Source: Callorhinchus milii (taxonomy: Eukaryota). Taken from it: a DNA stretch of 64,000 nt. Under the pieces are notes generated by a model that was not told the DNA's origin, made no database searches, and was given only the letters and a program-made list of their open reading frames with translations. The position numbers and the translations under genes were made by a program. Every line of letters starts with the position of its first letter. Within the stretch, counting starts at the first letter, position 1. Below, in pieces: positions 24,801 through 36,500 of the stretch. The DNA lies in the NCBI RefSeq assembly GCF_018977255.1, contig NW_024704746.1, positions 4,960,001-5,024,000 of the forward strand, read 5' to 3'.

Positions 24801-27800
24801 AGAGGAATGGGTGCTGTTTGACATCACTGATGGTAGCTCGTTCTGCTGCTGGTGCCAACAGCCACTCGATCAGATGTCTGGCCTCTGCAGAAAGTAGCTC
24901 CTCCTCCAAAGATGGCCTATTACAGGCTACGTCTGCTGGGCTGCTGTAGGCATCCTTTCCTCCAGTCACCATATAGTGTAAAAGCCGTCCCAATGCCTGG
25001 AGGAAGAAGAAAAGCACTTGTGTACAAATGTATGGTTATTATATGTGCTTCAGGCTGGCAATTCTTACACGTTTGCGGCACAGTTGAACAAGCTACCAAA
25101 GAGAAGAGATACGACCAATGGAACTGTAACAATGAGTGAGGAACTGCATCAAGGGGATAAGATTGGGGAAGGAACTGCTTTAGTTGTGCACAGTAAATGC
25201 AAACAGGTTATGTTTCCCATCACCTTGGCACTAAATGTACCTTTCACAACAACAACAAAAGTGAAGACTGGTGACATACTTTAGAGTTGCGCAAAACAAA
25301 CCTGTAAATCTGCCCTAAAAAGCTCATCTTCAGTAAATGTCACAGGGGGTGATTCTTTCATCTTCTGCAAGACCTCAGAGGCCTCCCAAGTACCTTCTGA
25401 TTCTAACACCACATTCTTATTCTCATCGAAATGGACACTCGAGTCAAAATCCGCCAGACAAATCCGCTCTCCAACATCTGTAAAACCATAACAATATGGT
25501 TCATCCTGTTTATCACAGTTGGGTTATTGGACGTATAGGCAATCGACTTTTTAAAAATAAATTGAAGAGAAATTGCAAATACCGTAATGTATTATTTTTA
25601 GAGGCAACAAATTGGAGCTGACAATGAATTGTGTACAACAACAACTTGCATTTATATAGCGTCCTTCACGCCGGACGGCGTCTCGGAGCGCTCTTGGACA
25701 CAGCTCTGCTTGTGGGGCGCTACTTAAATGCAAGTTATTGTTCTTGAAGCATTTGAACGATTCTTCCTCATAGCTATGACCCTTTAGTTTTGGTTAAAAA
25801 AAATTGAACCAACTTAAAAAGTACACGTATGCGTTAAATCAGTTGATACTCCAAACAACTGCGTTCGAACAGTATTTTGCTTTTGCTTTCTTCGTTCTTT
25901 ATATGCAGCAACAATTTTTACATATAATTATGAGTAATCAATTTGGTAGCTTACTGCCAAGGGAATTCCTTGGGATATTCTAGCTGAAGACAATTTCTAT
26001 ATATTTTCTTGCATTATTTGAGAAAAAAATGTAACTGGAATTTTTCCATCTAATTTTGGATACAATCTAGAATCTTTGAACAAAAACAAAAAATAGGAGG
26101 CTCTGGTTACTATTTTAAGGAACTTAAAATGTAGACAAAGCAGAGCAGAACTGGAACCAAGAACATAGATTCAACCCTGTTGATCAACTCACAGATTTGA
26201 ACTGAATTAACTGAACAGGATTGATACAGATGAACAGGAGAACACTGGTAAAACAGAAACAATTTAATGCTTAATCACAGAAAGAACCCAAATACAGAAC
26301 CGGTTCTGGAGAGCAGAGTGAGTAAACTGAATGGGGGGGAATATTCATTGATTTAATTCTTTCAGCCAGAAGGGGCTGACGAAATGGAGATTGGTTTGAA
26401 ATTTCCCCTTGATCTGAAGATCATCATCTTAAAATGTAAGAATTTTCATTTCTTATTACACTAATCAAGGTACTCCCCACGGTTCATGTGTGAGCCTGAC
26501 CACTCCCCATCTACTGCAACACATGTGCTCTACTAGTAGAAGGTCCTATAGAGGGATAAGGATGGCCAAATTAGCCTCTTTTGAGACAAGCAAACAGCAC
26601 ACATTGGGATGTGACATAGCGAGCTCCCAATCCACATGTTGTGGCTCTCTCCACTGCACCATCAGGACTGCCTCACAATCTCAGATTTTAAAATGAAAAC
26701 AGGTAAGAGTTTTAAACCTCAACAACTATTCTTGCAGTTTGTCCATTAAACATTCAGAAAGCTTTGCCTGCGACAGCTTTGACATTAGTGGGACATCTTT
26801 AGGATGATGGTCAGAAAGAATGGTTTCACGCAAAGTTGGGAGTCCAGCAAAGCAGCTGAGAATTAATAATAAATAATAATAATTCTTGCATTTGATATAG
26901 CACTTTTCACTCTTACCCGTTTTCATTTTAAAATCTGAGCTTGTGAGGCAGCCCTGATGGTGCAGTGGAGAGCCACAACAAGTGGATTGGGGGCTCGCTA
27001 TGTCACGTCTCAGTCTATGCTGTTTGCGTGTCTCAAAAGAGACTAATCTAGCCCACCCTTGCCCCTCCATGGGACCCTCTACTGGTGGAGCACATGTGTT
27101 GCATTAGATGGAATTGAAGGCAATGCTATAAGTTTGAAGATATAATGAAAATCACCTTTCAGGACATGAGTTGGATGCAAATTCCGATGGGCAAATTTAG
27201 CTCCATGCAAAATCTCAAGAGCCTTGATCAACTCTTTCATTACATTCGGTGCTTTCTCTTTGATTTCCTCGGGATTCTGTTCTACCAATTCCTGCAGGTT
27301 ATACTCATAAATCTGCAGGCAAATATATTCGCATTGTGAGTCAGTTTCATGATGAATGTATCGTACAAACTGGCTGTGCGAGACGATCTGTTGGTGTAAG
27401 AGGACACACATTTCTCTGCGCGCTTCTTCACTGTCCTTCCGGAAGCATTTCACAGCTACTTCAGTTTCCTCATTCAAGAAACCCAAGTAGACAAATTCTT
27501 TCATTCTATAAGCCTCCAACCTGGACAGATTTAGCTTCCCGATGGGCAATGGGTGCACGTTCCTCAGAAGCTTCAGTTGTTCATGCCAACGTTGACTCCG
27601 CACTTTCCATCTTTTAGGTGATACATCTTTGTTTCCCCGCAAATCTTCATATTTCCTCAATAACGTTTGCATATCTAGGTTGTATTTTCGCCTGGCCACA
27701 CTGGCTGGTGTGTCTCCTGACTTGTTGATGCAGTTTACATCTGCTCCTTTATCACACAGTAGTTTAGCCATCGCTAGGTCATCCACCTCCACTGCTGCCA

Positions 27801-28785
27801 GAAGGGCCGTTTCTCCCTTATTATTTTTTGCATTGACGTTGATGTTTTCGTCTTTCAGGAAAAGCTTGACCAAGTCCTTTTTTTTCTTTTTTACAGCAAG
27901 AATCAATGGGGTACTTTCAGCTTCCTCACAGACATTTAGGTCTGGCCTGTGTTCCATCAACAGCTTCACCAGACTGGTATTCACTGTATCTTTCTTTAAT
28001 GCAGTGTATATGGGCGTGCCGTAGTTTTTGTCCACATGGCTAACATCAGCATCACGATCCAACAGAATTGTCACAATTGTCTCATTGTCCTCCTCCAAGG
28101 CATACATTAATGGAGTTCGGCCAAGGTTGTCCTGGGCATCGACTTCAGCTTCCATCTCATCCAACAAGATGACGACAATATCTTCATGCCCTTTACGCAC
28201 AGCATCAATCAGAGCTGTCTTTCCACCTTTTCCTAACGTCTTTGTTTCCTCATTCACTTCTCGGTGTTTGTTCACCTCAGCCTTGTTCTTAAAAAGAAAG
28301 CGTAAAGCCTCCTCTTTACCATACTGGGCAGCTTCCATGAATGCGGTAAAACCAAAGCTGTCTGCCTCATTGATATCTACTTCCAGGTCGAGAAAGGTTT
28401 GGAGCAACTTGACATTACCAACTATGGCAGCAACAATGAATGGTGTAGCTCCATTTAGTTTCTTGATTTGCGGATTGGCTCCATATTTCAATAATAAATG
28501 GACAATGTTCTCATGATTTGATTTTACAGCACTTAGCAAAGGCGACCAGCCAAAGCCCTCCATCTTATAGTCGACATCTGCTTTGCTCCTCAAGAGTAAT
28601 TCAACAAGATCTTCATAGCCATGTGACACGGCATATAATAATGGAGTTTCGAGCCCAGACACATTGTAATCCACTGGTGCACCCTCTTGAAGTAATCTTT
28701 TTGCTTCATCAAGATCAGGATTGGGAGAATTACAAAGGTCTTGAAGTTTTTTGCCAAGATTTTCCCGATCCGTATTTTCTACCAT
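21832..28785 (-). CDS. RNASEL: 2-5A-dependent ribonuclease L (ankyrin repeats, pseudokinase, KEN RNase), 803 aa
   Basis: complement(join(21832..21952,22424..22569,24542..24671,24788..24996,25302..25477,27156..28785)), 2412 nt, all GT-AG and in phase; motifs GWSPL, KKLNGATPF, GFTAFMEAAQYG, KGGKTALIDA, VAVK, LADFD, HPFLW, DLLRLIRNLTEH, EYFLGMFPDF match RNase L; intron positions match the human gene as I recall it. Confidence 0.96.
26508..27110. repeat. ~200-bp imperfect inverted repeat (arms 26508-26710 and 26909-27110) inside the first coding intron of RNASEL
   Basis: Arm A ...CTCAGATTTTAAAATGAAAACAGGTAAGAGT is the reverse complement of arm B ACTCTTACCCGTTTTCATTTTAAAATCTGAG...; homology extends to GCAACACATGTGCTC. 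Confidence 0.85.
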
Positions 28786-29869
28786 TATTAAACTTTCCTA
28801 TTCAAAAAAAAGTTGGAAGTTTCAATTTTAAAAGATAGTAATAAGGCTGAGCCCAATATCGTCTTCATCCAATCCCCAAACCAAGGGACACTGACCAGGA
28901 AAGTGGGCACATTGTTGTCCTCTTCCTTGCCTAGTCACTGAAGCTAATTGCAGCACCTCTATCAATGCGCCACTGAGAACAGCTAACACAACAACAATAA
29001 ATTACATTTGTATAATGCCTTTCACGTCAAGAGAACGTCCCAACTCAACACTAAATGCTACAATGTTTTAGTTTCTCTCTTAAGAAAGTACAGAGCAAGA
29101 AAGCCAATCAGCCCAGAAAGGTTACTCTGTCTATTGCTGATGCACAACCTGCCTCTTTTGAATTCTGCCAAACTGGGTGCCAATGTCATGAAGGAAATTA
29201 CTCCCTCATATCAGAGGGACAGTAATATAGCAAAGCTTCACCCTTATCTACTCACGTACTTGATACCCAACCCTCAGTTCCTTTCTGTGGATCACTTTTG
29301 AACAGTGGTGGCTCACCTAGAATTTCCAGGTCACATACTTACTTAATCTAATCACTTTAACCAACAGTATTTTCTTATTAGTTAAGTTATATTAATAAAT
29401 TATGAGAACAAACTATGAGAGTGTAATAGATTTGTAATAAATTTTAATCACTAGTTAATATTGCTACATTAGGAAACATGCCATGGTAATAAGATAGCTT
29501 GGTTAGGCAAACTCACACATTGCCTAAAGAGGAATTGCGCAACAATCTCTGCAGAGATAAGAATTTATAGGATTTGAGTTGGGATGTTACTTAGAAAATG
29601 GGGTTGGTTGAGACTGACAGTGATATTTGTGTGTAATCTTAAACGAAAGGGTTTTAAACTCAGATCTCGAGATGAGATGGGTATAATCGTAAAAAAAAGG
29701 CAGTATAATACCAGTGCTGCATCATAAATACAGGAAGGCAAAGGTAATTTCAGACCTCCTAGTAGGAGTACAATGTGGCCATGTTTAGAGTGTCTCAACT
29801 GTCATAAAAAGTCACCAGCCGCCATTACTTGTGAAAGATATCCCCCGTATCCAGTCTGGATGTTCCACC

Positions 29870-30560
29870 AGTGATCTTGCCCATGTTGTGCATCTCCAGA
29901 ACATTACTCGTGAAGGATTTGGTATCAGTTTTGTCACCACCTTGGACATTCCCAAATCATTTGATAAGATCTTGCACAGGGCATTTCTGAACAATGTTAC
30001 CTTCACATTGTCTCCCACCAAAACCTTATTCTTGTTTTTTTTTCTCTTAAATCACTGAATCACTGGTTATGGTTAATAGTTCATGTTTTAGCTCTTCATC
30101 GACAACTTGGAGGTTCACAAAGACTTTCTACTCTATCACTTCTTCCTTTTCCACTCCAATGACTTCATCCATTTACTAAACAAACTTGTTCATTCTGATG
30201 ACTCAGTTCAATTTAGCAACTTCCTTTAGATGACGTGTACTGTTGCAGTCCTCTCACAGTGCAAGGGCTGAATCACTACCTTGCCGATTGATTAGGGAGG
30301 GAGAGGGTGAAAATCTTGTTTTGTTTTCAGAAACAGTTTCTTCGTGCCTCTCACAAGTCCACCAACAGCGACTGATTCTTATCATTGACTCCACTCCTAG
30401 TCCTTCTTCTAGTGACATTCTTGGCCTCACACTTTCTTGGGATTTCAACAGGGACTCTCACATCTTTTTCATTGTTAAAATACCACCACCAAGAATCTTG
30501 ATTTCCTCTATTAATGCCACTTGGATTCCCTCTCAATAACTCTTGATTCTCTGTAACACC
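29870..30560 (+). mobile_element. Degenerate non-LTR retrotransposon RT fragment
   Basis: TLDIPKSFDKILH resembles the ALDISKAFDKVWH RT motif; multiple stops and frameshifts. Confidence 0.6.
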
Positions 30561-32199
30561 AAAATCTGCCAGAATTTTGGGTGTGATATTAAATTGAGGC
30601 CCCTTCTGTCTGCTTTTAGTGGATGTCAAAGATCCCAGGTCCCTGCCCAAAGAGGGGAATTTCTTCTAGTACCCTAGCCAGAAATCCTTCAGAATAACTG
30701 GTCATTCATCTTGTGCATACACGTAGGGTCTTACTGGGACAGTGGCTGAGTTCTCTCAACTCAATTCTTCATTGTCTCATTAAATACAGAGCAAAGTTCC
30801 CCCTATCCATCCAGCACTACAGGGCCAGGTACAGTATGGGTTAGATACAGAATTATGTTCTCCTGTACTGTTCCTTCCAGCACTTCCAGGTTCACTACAT
30901 CCTGCGCTAAATACAAAGCAAAAACTTGCTCTTTATTCTTCTTAAACTTAGTCAGACCTCAGATAAAGAGACACACGATCTTTATTTTATAAAATAATAA
31001 TATTCTTTGCAATTTGCCTTATGACATTATTGATCCTTCTAAAAGTGCTTCATAGAATAGTAATAAAAATAATTATCAGCTGGAAGGACATCTCAAAGCG
31101 CCTTACAGCAAGTACTGTAAAGTGGATTGACCGGATTTTGTGAACAAAACGCGGCGGCCAGTTTGCACACAGCAATGTCCCACAAACAGCTATGGAATGA
31201 GTGACCAATTTTATTCGGCGGGGGCGGGGGGGATTGTTGGTCAGGACACCGAGAGATAGAAACTCTCTTCTCTTTTTCCAATAGCGCACAGAATCGTTAA
31301 CATCCACCCGAGCAGGTATAGACGGGCCCTCGGTTTAACATCTCATCGGAAGGACAGCACCTCCGACAAATACAGTGCTCCCTCCAGCACTGCACTGCCA
31401 GCCCCCAGGCTAAGCGATTCCTAGTCCCAAAACTGAGGCTCCTGCACCTGTGCAGGTGGGCGTCAGGAAGATCTCTCTCTCTCTATCTGCACTACTGTAA
31501 AGGAGAAGGCAGTTTCTCTCTCCTGGTCAACAACCGCCGGATAAAAATTGGCCATTTCATGTGAGAAAGCAGGGAGGGTCCAAGCTTTTAGTTGCTGGGA
31601 ACCCCATTGCCAATTTTTGTTGGGTGGGGCCGCATGAGCAATATTTGTGTGTTTCCCTTCCAGAAACATTACATTTACGGGTTATGGGGGGAGCGGGTGG
31701 GCCAAGTGAGAGGGAGGGAGGGAGGGAAGGAGGAGGTCTGTCTGAAACCGGCCCGCGGGCCGCCAATTGGGTAAATGTCGGGATTGGTATAACATGACAA
31801 AGCCTGGCAGGAAGGCCTGGAATACGCAGTGGCAGCAACTCCTCCCTCCCTCTCCCTCCCTCCCTCCCTCCCTCTCACAACCACGGAGAAGAAACGACAA
31901 GGAATCAAGAGAAGAAACGGAAAGAAATTGCTCTGTCCTCCCCACCCCCAGAGACACAGACAGACAGACAGACAGAGAGAGACAGACAGAGAGAGGGGCA
32001 GCGCGAGGAGGCGTCAAGTACCTGAGGGACACAGTTGTGAAGGTCGTTTGAATTGGGCCCAGAGCGTGGAAACGAGGTGATTTTTTTTTTGGGGGGGGGG
32101 GTTAAAAGAAAAAAAATACCACACACGGTACCATAGACTAACCTCTCAATAAAAATTTTTTTTGCGAGTTTTAAACGAGTCAAAACGACCGTTTTTAGA

Positions 32200-33560
32200 C
32201 CAAAATGAAGCAGATTAACGTTGGGGGCGGCGGCCGCTCCCTCCCTCTCTCTCTCCTTCCTTCCTTCCCCAGGAAACAGCTCTTAAAAGCCCGCCCCGGG
32301 CTCCGCCGGCACAGCCGCCCCTCCCCTCCCTCCCCGCCGCCGGCTTCTCGTGACATATTAATTAATCTATATATAAAAAAATAAATGAATCAGAAACCGA
32401 AACGAAGCCGTTTGCGGAGGTGGCGGGAGGGAGGGCGAGCGGGAGCCCCGCGACATGGCGTCGACATGGCGGCCGCCGCCGCCGGCGCGCGCGCGCGGCC
32501 ACGTCCGTTAAAACCGTTTTTTTTTTAAAAAAAAAGCCGTTTGTGAGTCCGTTTTTAGAGAAAAAAAGACGCTTCAAACCGTTGGTCCCTCACAAAAAGG
32601 GCTAAACAGCACCAACTTCTCCCTCACTCATTGCCAATCCTCGGGTTATAAATAGCGACAGAAAAGCCAAATCTGGTTGTTTTTTTTCTGATTATTTTTA
32701 TGTATTTTATTATATTATATTGAGGGAAACTCCAGCCCTCCCCCCCCCCCCCACCTCCCCCCACACCCACCCCCAACCCTTTCTTTCTCCTCAGGGTTTC
32801 TCAGCTTCGGGGCTCGTGAGCTGCGTTTTAGTCGCTTTGATTTATTTAATTTATTTTTAAAATAAAGGTCGTTAGTAAATGTGAGGCTGAGGCGGTGTCT
32901 CGGCTTCCTTTATACCTGCATTTTCTTTGCTCTTTTCTTTCATTTCACTTTTTCTTCTCTCTCTATCTCTCTCTCTCTCTCTCTCTCTATCTCTCCTTTT
33001 CCATTTTTTCCCTAAATAATTAAGATATTAGTCATGTGCGTCTGCTCTGTATTCATCTCCTGGAGGAGGTGCAGTTGTCCCGCAAGTGATGAAAAGTTTT
33101 GATAAATGATTCCACTGATTTTCCCCCCCACACCCACCCCCACACGCCCACCGCCCGCCCGACCGCCCCCAAAGTAGACGTTCCGATGTCTCCCGCAGTT
33201 TATTGTTACCTTCAGCCTCCAATCTGTGTTGCGCAGCGGCGAAGCCGGGTTCGAGGTGAGCTTTCCCACCTGGGACTTGGGGCGTGAAGCAGCGAAGGTC
33301 TGAGTTAGGACGTGGAGTGCGGTGGCGGAGGTTGGATCCGTTTTCTGCGCGGTCGGCCGGGTGCCTTGGCACGCGCCGAAACCCATCGCCGTTGCTTAAG
33401 AGCATCCAAACCAAGCTGAGGATTCCAGGCATCCCACCTACACGTGGAAATCCCGGGGATAGACTGTTGGAATGGAACGCGCACTCTCTCTCCCCGGAGG
33501 GACGCGTATGGCGTCCCTGATTCCGGAGCACATTAGGCGCAGGTCGGCAAGAGCCGAGGC
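32200..33560. promoter_or_regulatory. CpG-rich region, probable RNASEL promoter/5' UTR exons (possibly bidirectional)
   Basis: High CpG density; ISRE-like GAAACCGAAAC 32393-32403; ACATGGCG YY1-like pair at ~32452-32470; minus-strand splice donors at 33209 and 32021; the RNASEL ATG is preceded by an acceptor at ~28798, so a non-coding first exon must lie upstream. Confidence 0.55.
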
Positions 33561-36500
33561 TTAGGGACCCCAGAATGTGGATTGGGGTAACTGCTGGAGT
33601 GTAACCACCTAAAACAGCATAGTTTGCCATTGATATCGCTGTCTGGGAAGCTTTCCCGCTGCTTGTCCAGCCTGGACCACCCTACCCGTTAGGGCTTTGG
33701 GTCCTGCCCATGAGCCGGGCTGGCTGTGCTGTATTAGCTTTCAAAAGGGAACCAGATAAATATCCAAATAACGGAGTCATTTGCAATGTTATGGGGGAAA
33801 GGCAGGTAAATGGGGCTGATTGGATTGTACTTTCAAACAACCAGCACATTCCCAATAGGCCAAACGACCTTCAGTGCTATAAACATCTAAAGTTCTAGCA
33901 AGTGGGACGATGTGAGTTACAGTAAAACAACTTTGTTGCAGTGACTGTGACTACAGCTATTGTGCCGTTGGCATGATTTTAAAAAAAACTATAACAAGAA
34001 GTGATCAAGTATAAATTTTACATTTTTACGTCTTTTGTGTTTTTGGCAGATGGCAGCACAGAATGAAGTGTGTGAAGATATCACTATGGTATGTGGATTT
34101 TTCTCCCGGCGTATCATGGGATGAAAAATCTGATATTTCATAACCAATTATATTAACAAGATTTGTCACTGGTGCATTGGAACATTCATGACACATTGAT
34201 ATTACGATTTGATGCACACCAATGGAGCCAGCTGGCTTTCTGTATGAAGGCGTAGTGAGATCACCACACCCTGTGCATTATTTTATGGACTCTCACCTGC
34301 AACAGCATAACAGGCTTTACTGTACTTTCGGCTTTCAGTGTATCTGCCCACCCCCCCATGTCTGGAACTCCAGCCCAGAGTCCCTTCACTTCGCCATAAC
34401 CATCACCTCCTTCAAGACCCGCCTCAAGACCTTCCTCTTTGGCCACTTTCCTTTGCTCCTCATCCCTCCCACCTCCAGCCTGGGTGCAAACCCTGGACTG
34501 TCCAGCACCATGGGATATCCTCCACATGAAAGGCACTGTAAATTTGTATGTAATTTGTTGCTAATTTCCCTTCAGAGGTATCATTTTTGCCTTGTTTAGA
34601 AGCAGCTTCCAACATGCTGCTGCTAAACCGATTGGAAGTTCCTTTCACGTGTGTGAAAGTGTGCAGATAATCACAGCACAAACACCAGCAAAGAGTCTCT
34701 GCTACTAGGGAACAGTGATCAATATATTTTTATTCATAGTTAAAATATACAACTTAACAATAAGTCTACTGCAGAAAATACTGTAGAAGTTTTATATCAG
34801 GCCCTAAATTACACACAAACTTGCATTCCACAATTGAATTCATATCCAAAAGGAGAGAATCATATACAGTAGTTGTAAAATGAGTGGAATATTACTGAAC
34901 AACTAACTTTAAAATATACTTTTTAAATAATAATGTATAATAATCCTTGCATTGAATACAGCACCTTACCGCATTGTTGAGATGTCTTAAAGCACTTCAC
35001 AGAATATATTGTAAAGTGGAGTGACTATATTTTATGGATAAAACTCAGCATCCAATTATGCACAGCAGTGTCCCACAAAAAATTGTATAAATATAGAGTA
35101 TTTATAGATATATGTATATATATCTATCTAGAAAGAGAAACAGGAAGAACCTTTCTGGTCTAACTGTTTGAGCAGCAGGTTACAAATGATGATGTTTAAA
35201 CAAAATCTGGATTTCACCATGATCTTCACAGTAAACGCTCTGATGTGACCTGCAGCTCACTGGTAATATTAGCAGCCAATGACCAGCTACAGGTTGTCTG
35301 TGTTGTAAATGTTGATGTGTAATTTCACTGTTCACATGTGTGTTTATAGAATATATGAGATATAGTAATAGTACTTTCATCATTTTAGGTTAGGAAGGGC
35401 TCTTTAGCCTGTTGGGCAAAGAGGCCACAAACACGTGGGTCACTGACATGAGGTGCACCACCTAATGTGATGTGAGCAGAAGCAAGCGATCAGAAGAGCC
35501 AGGTAACAGTAAGGTATGTTATGTGGACACTGGGACAAGGAACTTACAAGTTGATCTGCTGGGGCGTAGGGAGCCGGTGGAGCAAGGCGAGGGTGGGGGC
35601 TATGGGTTTGTGGAGCCTACTGCAGGAGAAGATGAAGGATGTAGAGCACCGGATGGGGAGTAGATAAGCAAGTTCTTGTTCTAGAAGAAATTCAGCAGAA
35701 TGATTGAACAACGATTTGAACTGAGATGTTTCCACTGAGATCCCCAAATAGACTGCTGTTGTTGAACTGTGTAAAAATATATATTTTTTATTTGTGGAGA
35801 GGAGGGGATTATGTGCATGGTTATTGAAATACACTCTTCTCCTGTCATTCACTGTCCTGAATCAAATGCTTGGGTGACTGACTCCCAAATTGTAGCCAGA
35901 GCCATCGAAAATCCTTCTGTCTCTGAGGAAGTGCTCGACTCACCTTAGACCAGAAAGTACAGGGGAACAGCATGCTGGGGGCTCATCACACCATTTCAAC
36001 TGGAGGGGCAGTTTATGTACAGTATTGCCATACACCAGGTGCTAAGTTGCAGGTGGAAGCCGTGCACTGGAGGATACAAATGATGAAAGATTCGGCGGGT
36101 GGGAAGACGTTGTTTGTACGGGGTCCTGCTTGCCTTCCCCTCAGCTCGGGAGGGAATTCTTGACAGACTGCAGCAACTGGCAGCATTACTTCCACTCCCC
36201 GCACATTAAGCTGCTGTAATGAGAGAACGATTCGCCGGGGAGAGAGGGAACAGGCGCTCTGAAGTTGGAAATACTTCTTGGGCTGGATGAACTCATCCCT
36301 CAAGCTGAATGTGGCCCGTGGGCCGACAGTTGGTCCACGCTGCCTTAGATGATGCGAACTCAAGTCCTGACATGGGATTTGAACACAAAACCTTCTGATT
36401 CAGGGATGAGAATATTACCACTAAACCAAGCTGACACGCAACACACTATATGTAGGAAATATAAATGTAATATACATTTATTAAATAGGAAAACCCTATA

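Noticed and set aside
25394-25477. Shorter human-length RNASEL exon using the donor GAAG/GTACTT at 25393
   Set aside because: It gives 84 nt ending in phase 1, incompatible with the phase-0 acceptor at 24996, and loses the conserved D-L-x motif.
26726-27070. 114-aa ORF in the RNASEL intron as an extra exon
   Set aside because: It overlaps the inverted-repeat arm and a SINE tail; its acceptor phase does not fit the ORF frame; no recognisable homology.
33086-33118. C/D-box snoRNA (GTGATGA...CTGA)
   Set aside because: Only ~33 nt from box C to box D, with no terminal stem or recognisable guide.
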